Assembly (NCBI GenBank): GCA_013265495.1
Contig: MU061578.1
Location: 2,861,308 to 2,925,307 of the forward strand
Origin: Vicugna vicugna
Lineage: Eukaryota
Length of the DNA: 64,000 nt
Direction: 5' to 3'
The notes below the pieces were generated by a model. That model did no database searches. It saw only the letters and a list, made by a program, of their open reading frames with translations, and was not told the origin of the DNA. Position 1 is the stretch's first letter. Every line of letters begins with the position of its first letter. Positions 39,891-52,575 of this stretch are shown piece after piece. The position numbers and the translations under genes were made by a program.

Positions 39891-41704
39891 CTCTTTAATC
39901 ACCAACGTGAGTACTGTACAAAAAACTGCCAGGGGTGGACTTGTGGGGTTTAGGGCTTACCATTGTAAAATACTGACAGATACTGCCAAGTAGCCCTCCA
40001 AAAATGTACCAACTTCTACTCCTGGCAGATGTGTGAGCATGCCTGCAGCCCTCACCAACTGTGTGCACTATCAGTCTTTTAAATCTTTGCCAATCTGATA
40101 GGCAGAGATATTTCAGTGTGGCCTTAATTTGCACTTCCTTGATTATTAGCGAAGATAAGCATCTTTTCATGTACTTATTGGCTGTTTGTTCTTGGGGGCA
40201 CCAAATAAGGTCACACTTCAGTGTGGCTCTGTGCCTGTGTTTATATGTGCCTGTGCACGTGTGTATTCTATGCATCAAAACATCTCGGGCCAGGTCTGGA
40301 TATCCCAGAGCTGCAGCTCTCTGGAGTCTGAGAACACCAGGACCCACAGAGAGATGAATCAAAGGCTCAAGCCCATAAAACAATGGGAATAACCAGGGAC
40401 ATAATCATACTTCTTTCTACATTTAAATTTCAATCAGCCTGGTCCCTATCTGACCTATTACAAGCACATAATTTTATACTTACTGCAGCCATCCCTTCTC
40501 TAGTATCCTTATCAAGAGAGCTTCCTTCTCTCTGTCAGGCTCTCCCCACCTTGCTGAAGCTGGAACCAGCGGACCACACCACCCACACCATGACCATACA
40601 AGGAGAAACCACAAAGGCCTCAAAGGAAGGAAATCACGGAAAGAAAAAAGCCAGAGACAGGAGTCCCCAAATCTACATCCAAACTCTACCAAACTCTCTG
40701 GATGAACTACATGTATGCAGGCCAATTTCAAGCGGCCCAACTAAGGTTAAACAACCTGAACCAAGATTTCAGCTGCTGCCCACATCAGAGTTTATAGCCT
40801 GCTTTAAAAAAACAAAAACAAAACCCAACACTCTCCAGAGAAACATAACAAAATCCATAGCCTTTACAACATATATCATTCAGAATTTCCAAGATAAATC
40901 CAAAGCTATGAGATGAATGAAAAAATGGAAATATGTAACTCATACTGAAAGGGAACGACAACTGATAGAGACTGACTCTCAAAACTAAGTTTTTGGAAAT
41001 AGCACAGGCTTTAAAGGGGCTACTCTTAACTGTGCTCAAAGGTATCAAGGAAAATATGTTCCCAATGAATAGGAAATCTCAGTGGAGAAATGGAAACTAT
41101 AAAAAAGAACCAAAAGTAAAGTACGTAAGTGAAAAATGCACTATCTTAAATAAAAGTTAAACTCATAATAGTGCAGAAAAGAAGATGAAGCATTAACCAT
41201 AAGGAATCCCAGAAAGCGAGGCAACTGAGATTTGACTGGATTGACTGAGAAAGCCACAGTCTAAAAAACAGAGGAGTACTGTGAAAGTCAGCACAGTGCC
41301 CTCCCCAGGTGATGAGAGGAAACTGGGAGAATCCTGGACAGTTAATGGGATTCATCAGAATCCTAAACATGGAAGAGCCAAGCAGGTCAGCTCATTCCCC
41401 AAACCTGCTCTTGTGTCAGGCAGACACTTAGATGCAGGAAGGCCAGTGCCCCTTTGCCCAGAAAGTGTTCCGATGGGATAACCTGATACCCAACCCCTCT
41501 CCCACAGTAAATGGAGATAAATAGAAAAACAACATCCATAGATGGAGGGAAAACCTCAGACACAAAGACGATACAATCAGGGTCGCCAAACACCTGTTGA
41601 AAACCAGCACCATGAAAGAAAGGCACAACAACAAACACTCTGTCAGCCAGACACATCACAAGGGTGTCACATATCAAGATACGTAAATCCTCACAACCCC
41701 GAGG

Positions 41705-41930
41705 TAGACCAGAGGTTAGCAAACTACGGCCCACAGGCCAAATCCACCCCATCTCTTAAAAAAAAAAGTGAGCTAAAAATAGTTTACACATCTTTAGTGG
41801 TTGGGGGAAAAAGTTTAAACATGACACAAGAAAATATTATGGAATTCCAATCCCAGTGTCCAGTTTCACTGGACCACAGCCACACGCACCTGCTCGTTGT
41901 GTTGCAGCCTTGCTCAGGCTATGACAGCAG
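41705..41930 (+). mobile_element. hAT-Charlie (MER58-like) remnant
   Basis: Starts CAGAGGTTAGCAAACTACGGCCCACAGGCCAAATCC and contains TTCACTGGACCACAGCCAC. Confidence 0.6.
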
Positions 41931-42259
41931 AGTTGTGACAGTGCTTTGAGTTGCTGCTCTGCACTCACAACCCAGTGGTGCATCGTAACAGCGTTTCCAG
42001 GGCCACCACCATATAGTTGCACCACAATTCTTTTTTTTTGCTATGAGTGCACACCCATCATATCAAAACAGGAAAAGTGGACTCTGAATGTCATGTTTTT
42101 AAGGCACAGTGGAATGTGGATTATTCTGTTATCAAACTGGATGGCAAAGGATTGTGTTTCTTACACAGTGACACTACAGATGGTCAGCATTACTGGACGA
42201 AGCGCTCGTCACAGGCACTATTCTCAATACAAAACAGAATTTCTTATACTACAGAACCA

Positions 42260-43880
42260 CAATAATCAGTCAGTGTGGTACTGGCATATGGACCAGTGGA
42301 ACAGAACAGAGAGCCCAGAAATAAACCCACACACCTACAATCAATCAGTCTTCAACAAAGGAGGCAAGACTATACAATGGAGAAAAGACAGTCTCTTTGA
42401 CAAGTGGTGCCAGGAAAGCTGGACAGCTGCATGTAAATCAATGAAGTTAGAACACTCTCTCACACCATACACAAAAATAAACTCAAAATGGCTTAATGAC
42501 TTAAACATAAGACAGGACGCCATAAATCTCCTGGAAGAAAACATAGGCAAAACATTTTCTGACATAAACGGTAGCAATGATCTAGGTCAGTCTTCCCAGG
42601 CAATGGAAATAAAATTAAACAAATGGGACCTAGTTAAACATATAAGCTTTGGCACAGCAAAGGACACTATAAATAAAACAAAAAGACAACCTACAACATG
42701 GGAAAAAATATTTCCAAATGATGCAACTGATAAGGGTTTAATCTCCAGAATATGCAAACAGCTCATACAACTTAATAACAAAAAAAAAAACCCAATCCAA
42801 AAATGGGCAGAAGAGCTTAAATAAGCAATTCTCCAATGAAGACATACAAAGCTAATAGGCACACAAAAAAATGCTGAATATTGTTAATTATCAGAGAAAT
42901 GCAAATCAAAACTACAGTGAGGTATCACCTCACACCAGTCAGCATGGCCATTATTAAAAAGTCCATAAATGGTAAATGCTGGAGATGGCGTGGAGAATAG
43001 GGAACCCTCCTACACTGTTGGTGGGAATGAAGTTTGGCACAGCTATTATGGAAAATAGTATGGAGATTCCTTAAAAAGCTAAAACTAGACTTACCCTATG
43101 ATCCAGCAATCTCACTCTGGGGCATATACCCAGAGGGAACTCTAATTCGAAAAGACACATAGAGGAGGGAGTATAGCTCAGCAGTAGAGTGCATGCATTG
43201 CATGCATGAGGTCCTGGGTACAATCTCCAGTACCTCTGTTAAAAAACAAATTAATATAAATAAATAAAACTAATTACCTGCCCCCCCCAAAAAAGAAGAC
43301 ACATGCACCACAATGTTTACAGTAGCACTATTTACAACAGACAAGACATTGAAACAACCTAAATATCCATCGACAGATCACTGGATAAAGAAGATGTGGT
43401 ATATATATACACAATGAAATACTACTTAGCCATAAAAAATAAAATAATGCCATTTGCTGCAACACAAATGGACCTGAAGATTGTCATGCTACGTGAAGTA
43501 AGCCAGAAAGAGAAAGAAAAATACCATATGATACTGCTCACATGTGGAATCTTAAAAAATGACACAAATGAACTTATTTACAAAACAGAAACAGACTCAA
43601 GATACAGAAAACAAATTTATGGTTTCTGGGAGGAAAAGAGGGGAAGGGATAAATTGGGAGTTTGAGATTTGCAGATACTAACTACTATATATAAAATAGA
43701 TAAACAACAAGTTTATACTATATAGCATAGGGAACTATATTCGGTACCTTTTAGTAACCTATAATGAAAAAGAATGTGAAAACAAATATACACTTGTACG
43801 TGTATGACTGAAACATTATGCTCTATACCAGAAACTGACACAACATTATAAACTAACTATATTTCAATAAGTAAAAAAAT
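42260..43880 (+). mobile_element. 5'-truncated L1 (ORF2 3' part, 3'UTR, A-tail)
   Basis: ORF 41946-42824 includes [14 protein letters not shown]...[11 protein letters not shown]...[11 protein letters not shown]. 3'UTR ends TTCAATAAGTAAAAAAA. Confidence 0.9.
43161..43304 (+). mobile_element. Vic-1-like tRNA-derived SINE nested in L1
   Basis: GTATAGCTCAGCAGTAGAG...GTCCTGGGTACAATCTCC, AT-rich tail with C-run, target-site duplication AAGACACAT. Confidence 0.8.
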
Positions 43881-45578
43881 GTCTTCACAGATATTAAAAA
43901 TGAAAACAAGGCAACCAACTTAAATTTCCAAGCAACTCACTGCTAACCAAGCGAGGAAAGCCACTTACTGAAGGTGATTTAATTGTGTTTGATTGCAGCA
44001 GCTGAAGAAGTCTGTCCAGAAAAAATAAATTTAAGACTATGGGCATTTGGGCGACAACAGCTGTTCTAAAAGTTAAGGACACTGCGAGCAACATCGACAG
44101 TCAACTGAAAATGAGGCAAAAGACTTGAAGTGATTTTCCTTGGCTCTTGCTGGATCCAGATGTCACCATAACCACTGAGCTGGGAAGTGACTGAAGGCTG
44201 AGCCTCCGCACAATCTGAGAGGAACGACCAGCAACTCAAGCAAGAAAATTTAACTTGGCAGAACTGGAAGTGGAGTCCGCTAATATGCCCTACAATCACG
44301 GGCAGTGAGGTACACGTGGGGCGTGAAGAGGCTTCCGTGACTCATTAACAAACTTGTAGACAATGGGCTTCATCAAGCTTGATTTTCTACTGTATTATTC
44401 ATCCACAAATACTCTGAGAAAAATACCCACATCTCTTACCATGCTGCATCTACTGAATCCATCAGCAATGTCGGCAGTGAACCTCATCTGCTCTCGGGCC
44501 CTGAACCAGGACGAAGAGACCCACGTTTGGAAACAGTTCTAGTGACAGGAACGTTAACTGTGAACCTCAGTTAAGCAAATGGTGCCCATTCTTTTCATCA
44601 ATAGACTCACATTACAAATTATGATTACCTTTTGAACTTTGCCTGTGAAGAAACTGTAGAAGTTTATTTCTTGTGTTTGCCAAGATTCTGATTCTTTTTC
44701 CACACAACCTAAAATCCACACTATCTGGCTCTGTACAGAAAAAGTTATAAATCCCTGAAATGGACTATCACTATCTCCATTTTATACAGGAGGAGATGGA
44801 AAAGGTTCAGCAGCTCGACAGGCAGGCAGGCTAACTTCAGAAGGCATAGTCTTCACCACTGATCCACACCGCCTCCAACAACATATGAAATACAACGAAT
44901 GGCATTAGAAGAAGACACTAAAGATAACACCCACGTGACAAAATCACATTTGTAAAACAAACTGTTTTGAAATAGAACCAGTCAGAGATAATGGGCTCAG
45001 GACCTGGTCAACATGTTGTAACAATAAGAAAATGATCATGTGAAACATAAAGAAAGATTAATCATTTCTTGGAAAGAGACAAAGTACGAAAAAGTAAAAG
45101 TCTGTATCAAAAGCATAAATTTAAGTCCCATTATTTCAAAAGTGAGACTTCATTATTAAGAGATTTGTAAAAGCAATTAAGTCTGAGGCCCTGAACAAGA
45201 AAACAAATCATCGCTAACCGAGACTGCCCTCAGCTAGTCTAAGGTGTCCTTTTTCTCTTGAGAGTGGAAAGAAGGCCACAGAAAGTATAAAAAACATACT
45301 ATCTAATAAATGTATTGCAATCCTAGGAAACAAGAATAAAAATAATAAAAGACATTGAAACCCATGGTATTAGCAATTCTGTAACCAGCTTGGCCTTAAA
45401 CAGTTAAATTTTAGAACTGTGCCTGGGGTTTGATGTCTTCCTAAGGCATTTAAAACACAGAGAAGGTGATGTCAGACTTTTCAGTTTAATTAAATATTCA
45501 CAGTAATTTTTGATTAAGTAAGTTTGCAATTGACAGTAAATACTCAGGGACAGCTAATGTACTAAACTGATGTTTTAC

Positions 45579-45584
45579 TTTATT
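45579..45584 (-). terminator. Candidate POLR3K polyadenylation signal
   Basis: AATAAA on the minus strand ~310 nt after the stop codon. Confidence 0.45.
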
Positions 45585-45893
45585 AGTTGTGCAAACCATA
45601 TAAGTATTGAAGAGTGTTGGTTCATGGTGAGAGGATGTCAATGGCCTGATAAATGTAAAAGGTGAACAGGACCTTGAACAGAGGCACTCAGTTATGGGTA
45701 CACCGCCCCACACACAAAGTCTCCCTGGACATCAGTGAGTTAATCCACTGACTAGCAGATGGGCTCCATTTCCCGACCCCCTGGCCAGCCAGCCCAGCAA
45801 AGACCCTCAGGACACACGGTTCACACTAGCAGCTGGGAATCTACCCTGGGGAAGCGGGTAAGCAGATGCTGACGCAGCTGGGCCAGCCTAGCC

Positions 45894-48672
45894 CTAGTCT
45901 CTCCAGCGGTGTCCACACTGCGTGTTGCAGCACTTGTAGAAGGTGGTCATTGGTTCGTCTGCAGAGCGGGTCTGAAGCTGCATGAAATAGGCACGAGGAT
46001 GTTCACATTTGGGACAGGGCTCTGGCAATGAGAAAAACAGACAAGTGACCCACATTTACTTTTTTAAAAATGATGCTCATGACCAATACACTTATTAGAA
46101 GTAGGTGCTATGCCAAAGGTAGCAAAGATATCCCCCATCCTCATCAGCTCACTGGGTATCCCTCACCCAGGGTACCTTCTACCACGATTTAAGGCATCAT
46201 TCCTGCTATGCTCTCACTGAGAAAGGAGGAGACCTGGGATCCTGAAAACACGCCTCCTCCTCTCTCTGGGTCCCTTTTCCTCAAATCTGAAGACTGGTTC
46301 GAAACGTAACATAAGAGGTGACATCGCTGCTGTGTGCATTACAGGGTCCACACCCTGCTGACTCCCCTAAAAAGTGCACAAGCTCTCTTACCTTCCCAAA
46401 GGAGCGCCCAGCGTACGACCAACCTACTTGCCCATAAATTGAGGGATCCGTTTTGGGAGAAGTTCCCTGGGCTAGTCTCATCAAGATCTAACCACACATC
46501 CCACATTTTTTCAAAGTGTTCCAAGGCACATATTTACTTTCACTGTGATTTCAGTCTGAGAACCTTGCTCTTGATGGAAATGTCTTCAAACACTATCAAG
46601 CACCAGTTGGACATTTGGTATGTAATTCATCTTCTACTGATAAATCCTGCCAATACTAAATTTTTAACAAAGCAGGCCCGGATGTTCTTCTCTTGGGGTG
46701 AAAAGACAGCACGAATCCTACGTGAGCTCTCCCACCTCTCAGTGCAGGTCATGCCTCTTTCCTTCCTTGGTCACATCTATCTATATCAGAAATGAATCAG
46801 GACTAAAAATAAATACTTATTTTACTGGATATTTATGCAGTTTAATGCTCTCTACTATTAACTTTTAAAAATCTACATTAGAACAAAAAAGACAGTATTT
46901 TGCCCTTAGATTCTGATTTCTTATTACTCCAGTCTTTGTGGCTCTCATCACAGCTGCCACCTGTTGAATGCCTATTATATGCCAAACACTCACTTCATGA
47001 TCTCACAATCTATGACTATGGATTTGCCCCAGAAAGGTTAAGGCCATATAATGAGAGATCACTCTGAGACTCTAGATTAGGCCTGAGTAACTCCAAAACT
47101 TGTGCCAATATTGTTTGTGTAACAAATAAACTACTAAAGAAGAAAGCAAATACACTTTTTGCTTTTAAACGCCCACTGCACACAAGCATATCACAGACTC
47201 GACCCTGCTACGGCACAGTCAGCCGCCTCACACTCAACCACAGCTCACCTGCAGTAGAGTCGACATTCTCCCAAGCAGCTGCTCCACCGAGCACATCATC
47301 CACTTCTTTCAGCTTTGGGTACTTCCGATTTGTTACCTAACAAATGACGGCAAGTCTTCAGTAAGCGAACAGTATCCACCTGGGTCACCAAGCCCTACGC
47401 GCCCTCCAGCATCTCCCCAGACTTCGCTTCCTTCCTTCAACAAATACAACCAAATACAATTGAAAGCAAACAGGTGCACTCAGCCAGGTGGCCCAGCCAC
47501 TGCCCTCAGGCAGAGAGCTTTCTAAGAAGGTCACAACTGGCTTCTTTTCCAAGATTTACCAGACATCCTTGAAATTTCAGGGTTACATAAAGAGTTCACT
47601 CTTTCCACAGTTTCAGGCTCTAAATTCCCACAACACAGTTATACAGTAGAACAAAAGAGGGGGGAAAATTGGAAAATTCCTGCCCTCCTGCAACCAAGCA
47701 GAACCCTATGGGGCCTTCCTGGGACAGACTCCTCCCCCCATGCCCTCTGCTTTAGCTCCTCTCCGAAGTACCTAGATAACGGTTGCAACAAATAACAGTA
47801 TCTGATGCACATTTCCTGGGTTGTTTTACAGATGCTAAAATCCCCACCAAAAAGAGAAAGTTAAGTACTTGATGACCATGAGGACCTTGGCCTGAGGATT
47901 GATGCTCACCCCTGTGACACCACTCTGTTACCTCATCATCAATCAATCAGAGAATTATGCAGGATGTGATCACATACTCTGCAACTCCCCTCCAGCACCT
48001 TGACTTTAAAAATGCTTCCTGGAAATCCACCAGGGAGTTCTAGCTTTTAGAGCATGAGCTGACCCAGTCTCCTCGTCTGGCGCCTTACCACAATTCAGTG
48101 TCAGTAGTTGGCTTTACTGTGCGGGGGCGAGCGGACCAGACCCAAGTTTGGTTCCCTAACACTCCTACAGTTTATATCCTAGTATTAAAGTGCGTAAGTC
48201 AATTAAGCCTGTTGGAAGGCAAGAGTCCCACGGGAAAAGTAGAAGTAGGGGAAAGAGTATAAAATGGAGAGACTGCAAATTTAAATAATCACTTAAATAA
48301 AAACACGAACGAGAGACACAGGTACCCAAAGGTAAGAGTGGACCGGACAAAAACCCGTGCACAGGGTCTGGTGGTAGCGTCACGTGCAAGACCGCAGAGC
48401 CTCCGAGAAGCCGGCGTTGCTGGGCAGAGAGCGTCAGGAAGGGAAATCGGAGCAGGAGAACAGGACAGGACTGGGGAAGGCCTGGGTCCGGGCCTGGTAG
48501 ACCCGTGAGAATGTCAGCTTCCGCTCCTCGCGCCGGACAGGGAGGTCCGGCTGGGACCCACCTTGCGGGTGATGTTGTGCACGTAGGGGCAGGTGTTGCA
48601 GGCGAAGCGGTGGCAGCGCTGCCCCTCCTCTACGATCAGCCCGTTCCCGCAGCCCGGGCAAAAGAGCAGCAT
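45894..48672 (-). CDS. POLR3K: RNA polymerase III subunit K (RPC10/C11), 3 exons, 108 aa
   Basis: Exons 48672-48562 ([10 protein letters not shown]...ITRK), 47336-47249, 46021-45894 (CPKC...[16 protein letters not shown]...HRWRD*). Two zinc ribbons and the TFIIS-like RSADEP motif; 327 nt. Confidence 0.97.
47640..48161 (+). mobile_element. Probable solo ERV LTR in POLR3K intron 1
   Basis: LTR-like layout: AATCAATCAGAGAATT, TTTAAAAA TATA-like element, ending GTTTGGTTCCCTAACA. The 5' boundary is uncertain. Confidence 0.55.
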
Positions 48673-49300
48673 CTCGGCTGACCGGCCCGACGTTCCCGGC
48701 AGCTCCCGCAGCGGCTCAGCGCAGCCAGCCAGACGCGCCGAACTCCTACTCGTCCGGGCAGCCGCCCCGCCCCTCAGCCCACCAATAGACACGCCGATTC
48801 CGCGCTCCCAGTGAGCACTGCGGCAGGCCATCTCCCAGAGACTCGCTTCCCATTGGTGCTCGAGGTAGCCCCGCCCCTCAGCGTCCCGGAGGTGTAGCTG
48901 TGTCTCCTCTAACGCGCGGAGTTGAGGTGTTGGCGGAGCCTGCGGGCGGCGAGGCGCCCTGGAGGCAGCGGAGGCGTCTGCGCGGCCCGAGCCGCAAGAA
49001 GAGGAGGAGGACGAGGAGGAGGCGCTGCCTCACTCCGAGGCGGTAGACGTGTTCCAGGAGGGTCTGGCCATGGTGGTGCAGGACCCGCTGCTCTGCGACC
49101 TTCCGATCCAGGTGCGGGCGGGGCGGGGGCCTTCCTATCGAGGCGGTGTGTTGGGGCGCGGACGGACCCCGGGGGTGCCGATGGCGGGCTGCGGCCCAAA
49201 GGACTGGAGAAGACGCCTCCGGGCGTAAATGCGGGTTTTAGCCCCGGCCGGGCGTGGAGGGGCGAGGGAGGCTCTCGCCTCGGGGGCGTAATTTAAAGGG
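48350..49300. promoter_or_regulatory. Bidirectional CpG-island promoter of POLR3K and SNRNP25
   Basis: Head-to-head ATGs at 48672 (-) and 49070 (+). Two GCCCCGCCC GC boxes and opposed CCAAT/ATTGG boxes near 48782 and 48852. Confidence 0.9.
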
Positions 49301-51574
49301 GTGCCAAAAACCCACTGGTCAGGACACGTGACATGTCAGTGCAGTGTTTTTAAAACGCAAAGTTTGTGTAAAAAAGCCTATGATAGGCAAAGTAATATAA
49401 TTTCAAATAAAAACAAGATCTGTATTACTGGTTTTTTCCTTCTCAATCTTCAGTATGGTTTGGTAGGGTCCAGCTTTTAATCCTTGTTATTTTCCGTCAT
49501 GGAATTTTTAACTCCTATTTCCTTAACACTTGTATTAAGATGTTGATCATTACCGTTTTTTGGTGACCCGGTAAATTTTGCACCCCTGCCTCAGTCTTAT
49601 GTGAGGCCCTGGCCTGGGTCCTGGTGGTCAGGGGATCTCAGGCTGGACAGTCAGGCCGAATGTCCATCCTCCCACCCAGCAGCCAGGCTGGAGGAGCCAG
49701 GGGCTGATTCTCAAGTTGGTCCATTCTCCTTGTCTGTTTCTTTGCTCTTTTTTCTCCCAAGTCTCTGTCCACTTAATAGAAAACGTGGGTGGGACACGAG
49801 ATTGAGGTGCTGAAAAACTGGGAAACTCTCACATATGAGCAAGAACCTTGAAAAAATATAGCATCACTTGTTGAACACTATCGCCTTGTTTTCCTTTATT
49901 GTTGGTCTGAGTGGTAAAGACAGCCAGGGTTCCCACCACCACCCTTGGTCTTTTCTAGGTTACTTTGGAAGAGGTCAATTCCCAAATAGCACTAGAATAT
50001 GGCCAAGCAATGACGGTCCGAGTGTGCAAGATGGATGGAGAAGTAATGCGTAAGTGCTGCCCTCCCTTGAGGCCGTGCAGTTTCAACTTTCACAGGGAAA
50101 GATGTTAGCAGGACTGGTCAGTGGGAAACTCAGGGCAGTGTCTAGAGGTGTTGGGGCAGCCACAAGCCCAGCCTGCCCAGACTTGAGCCTCGGGAGGAAA
50201 CAGAACTTCAGTGTTCCTCTCTAGCTGTCTGAGGCTGTGGCTGCAGGTTCCCACCATGGTTTTTCTCCCATTTGTGTCCCTGGTTGCAGCTGTGGTTGTA
50301 GTCCAGAATGCCACGGTCCTCGACCTGAAGAAGGCCATCCAGCGATACGTGCAGCTCAGGCAGGAGCGTGAAGGGGGCATTCAGCACATCAGCTGGTAGG
50401 TGGGGCGGCCAGCAGCTCCTGCTTGCAGCCCTTCACGGGAGCTGGTGTGGGACTCCACACGAGCACTTGCTGTCACCTGGGCTCTGCTACAGAGTGCAGG
50501 TGGAAGCCACAGGCTCCCTGTCCTGAGCCTTCAGACAGGGCAGGTGCTTTTGTGCCTCCATCACCCTCCCTGGGGAAGCTGCCATCTGGGCAGCTGGATA
50601 TCTTCACATTGGGACACCCTGGGGCATTTCCAGTGTGTCTGGAAGTGGTTTCCCTAGTGACAGATGGTACGGCTGCCAGCTCCTCACCTGGGTCCTCACC
50701 CTCAGTTTCCTGTTAGCCGTGTCTTGGTACTGCCACCTGTTTCATTAGCCAGGTGTGTTTGGCCCCCAGCCACCCCATGCATCCCTTTGAGATCAGTGCC
50801 TTCTTGTACCTGCCTCACACCTGGTACACACGTGGTACAGGAAAATAGCCTGGAGGAGACTGGCTGCCTCAGGACCTGCAGAGCTGAGCGCCTTGAGTCA
50901 TCCTCATGCCCAGCATCTGCATCCCAGCTGCCCTGCTTACCCTGTTCATGGTTTACTGAGTCCTCATCTTACAGGTCCTATGTGTGGAGGACATACCATC
51001 TGACCTCCGCAGGAGAGAAACTCACAGAGGACCGGAAGAAGCTCCGAGAGTAAGTTCAGGCTGTCTTGAGCTGCAGGGAGGTATCTGTTCTGTGGCTTTC
51101 TTACTCCCCATGCTCTGCCATAGGGCTGGGGTCCCCTCCAGGTGCTTTTAAAGGAAGGAAGGATCTTAAATCACTTCCTGGGGAATGTGTGAGGCCAGGA
51201 AAGTCCCTGGTTGGACTGACGCCCTCCTGCAAGGAGCTTCCTGGAGGCCTCCCTGCTAGAACAGGAGGCAGAGGAGCAACGGAAGGGGATGGGGTCCTGC
51301 TGCTTCTCACCAGAGGCAGTTCAGGGCTGCAGAGCCAGGGGAAGAGAAATAAGAGCGTGCGTGGGGGTGGGAGGATGACCACTGCCACCTCCTTACCTTC
51401 CTGAACACCATGCTCTTTCCACCTGCTTTCTCTCAGTCCCTCACCAGCCTCAGGTGAGGATTCACAAATGTGCCCTTCTGTAGATTGGATACTTCATGCC
51501 CTTCCTTCTCTTTCAGCTATGGTATCCGGAATCGGGATGAGGTATCCTTCATCAAAAAGCTGAGACAAAAGTGA
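49070..51574 (+). CDS. SNRNP25: U11/U12 snRNP 25 kDa protein, 5 exons, 123 aa from ATG
   Basis: Exons 49070-49111, 49959-50049, 50290-50395, 50975-51049, 51517-51574. Reads MVVQDPLLCDLPIQVTLEEV...YGIRNRDEVSFIKKLRQK*; 372 nt. Confidence 0.96.
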
Positions 51575-51701
51575 ATCTCCAGACAAGGACAATTCTGAGT
51601 CTTGAGCTCACCTCACCCCAGATGGGCCCAACTGGACTATCAGCATGAATCCTTATCACACGGCAGATTCCACAGGGCTGGGAGCCTGGCCCTGTGCACA
51701 G

Positions 51702-51707
51702 AATAAA
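51702..51707 (+). terminator. SNRNP25 polyadenylation signal
   Basis: AATAAA ~130 nt after the stop codon. Confidence 0.7.
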
Positions 51708-52368
51708 CCTATTTTTGCTTAGTCTGCGAAGTCAAGCCACAGTTCCAGGGGCAGAAGGGACTGGCACTGCCCCATCAGAGATGGGAGGCAGAGGCAGAGA
51801 CTGGTGGTGGGTGAGTCCCAAAGTCTGAGATGCTACACCTGAAGCTTGGGCCACCCCTCTCCCCAAACCACACGAGCCTGTCACTCTGATGTCTACAGCC
51901 AGGAGGAAGTAAAAACACAGTGACTAGCTTTCTGTTTCTGCTTGTGGGGACACAGGGGGCCTGCAGTCTGAGCCCAGCCGTGGACAGGGCCTCCAGCTTC
52001 AGCCCATGGGGCCCACCCCCAACAGTGCCTTCAGTGGCTCCTGGAAAGGGAGGTAGCCTGGGGCTGGAATTGGGAGCAGGTGGCTGGGCAGGGGCGGCTG
52101 GGATGGGGTGCTCCTCGGTGTGCATGGGGAGGTGGGACAGCATACTCGTCTATCCTCGTCCCATCGTTGCCTACCAGTTAGTCATTCTATAGAATGGGGA
52201 TGGGGCGTGTCCACCTGACTGACGGTGTCACTGGGAGATGCATTTGACACTTAGTTCCCTATTCTGAGGAATTGACCTGAGAGACCTCCCTCCAGAGCCC
52301 CTGGCCAGAAACCAGAAAGGAGAAGCAGCTGTGGTCAAGTTAGTGGCAGCTAAAACGCTCCCGGTCCA

Positions 52369-52374
52369 TTTATT
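52369..52374 (-). terminator. RHBDF1 polyadenylation signal
   Basis: AATAAA on the minus strand ~200 nt after the stop codon. Confidence 0.75.
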
Positions 52375-52575
52375 GGCCACGTGAGGTGGTCGTCGAGAGA
52401 CAAGTTAGAGGATCATGGCAGGAACTAGTGTAAGAAATGCAGGGAAGTACGAGAGGTTCACCAGCAGTGAACAAGGCACAAGGGGTCTGTGTTTGGGAAT
52501 CGGCGCTCGCAGAGTCCCTTGCCCACGGGTCAGGCTCTGCCCACTGGAGCGTGTGGCCCCAGCGCCCCCGCCCGC

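Noticed and set aside
41946..42824. 292-aa ORF
   Set aside because: A fragment of L1 ORF2 fused by chance to flanking sequence, not a host gene.
44440..44500. Minus-strand exon-like segment ending ATG|GTAAGA between POLR3K and IL9R
   Set aside because: Its ATG would be out of frame with IL9R exon 2 (phase 0 versus phase 1), and nothing else supports it.
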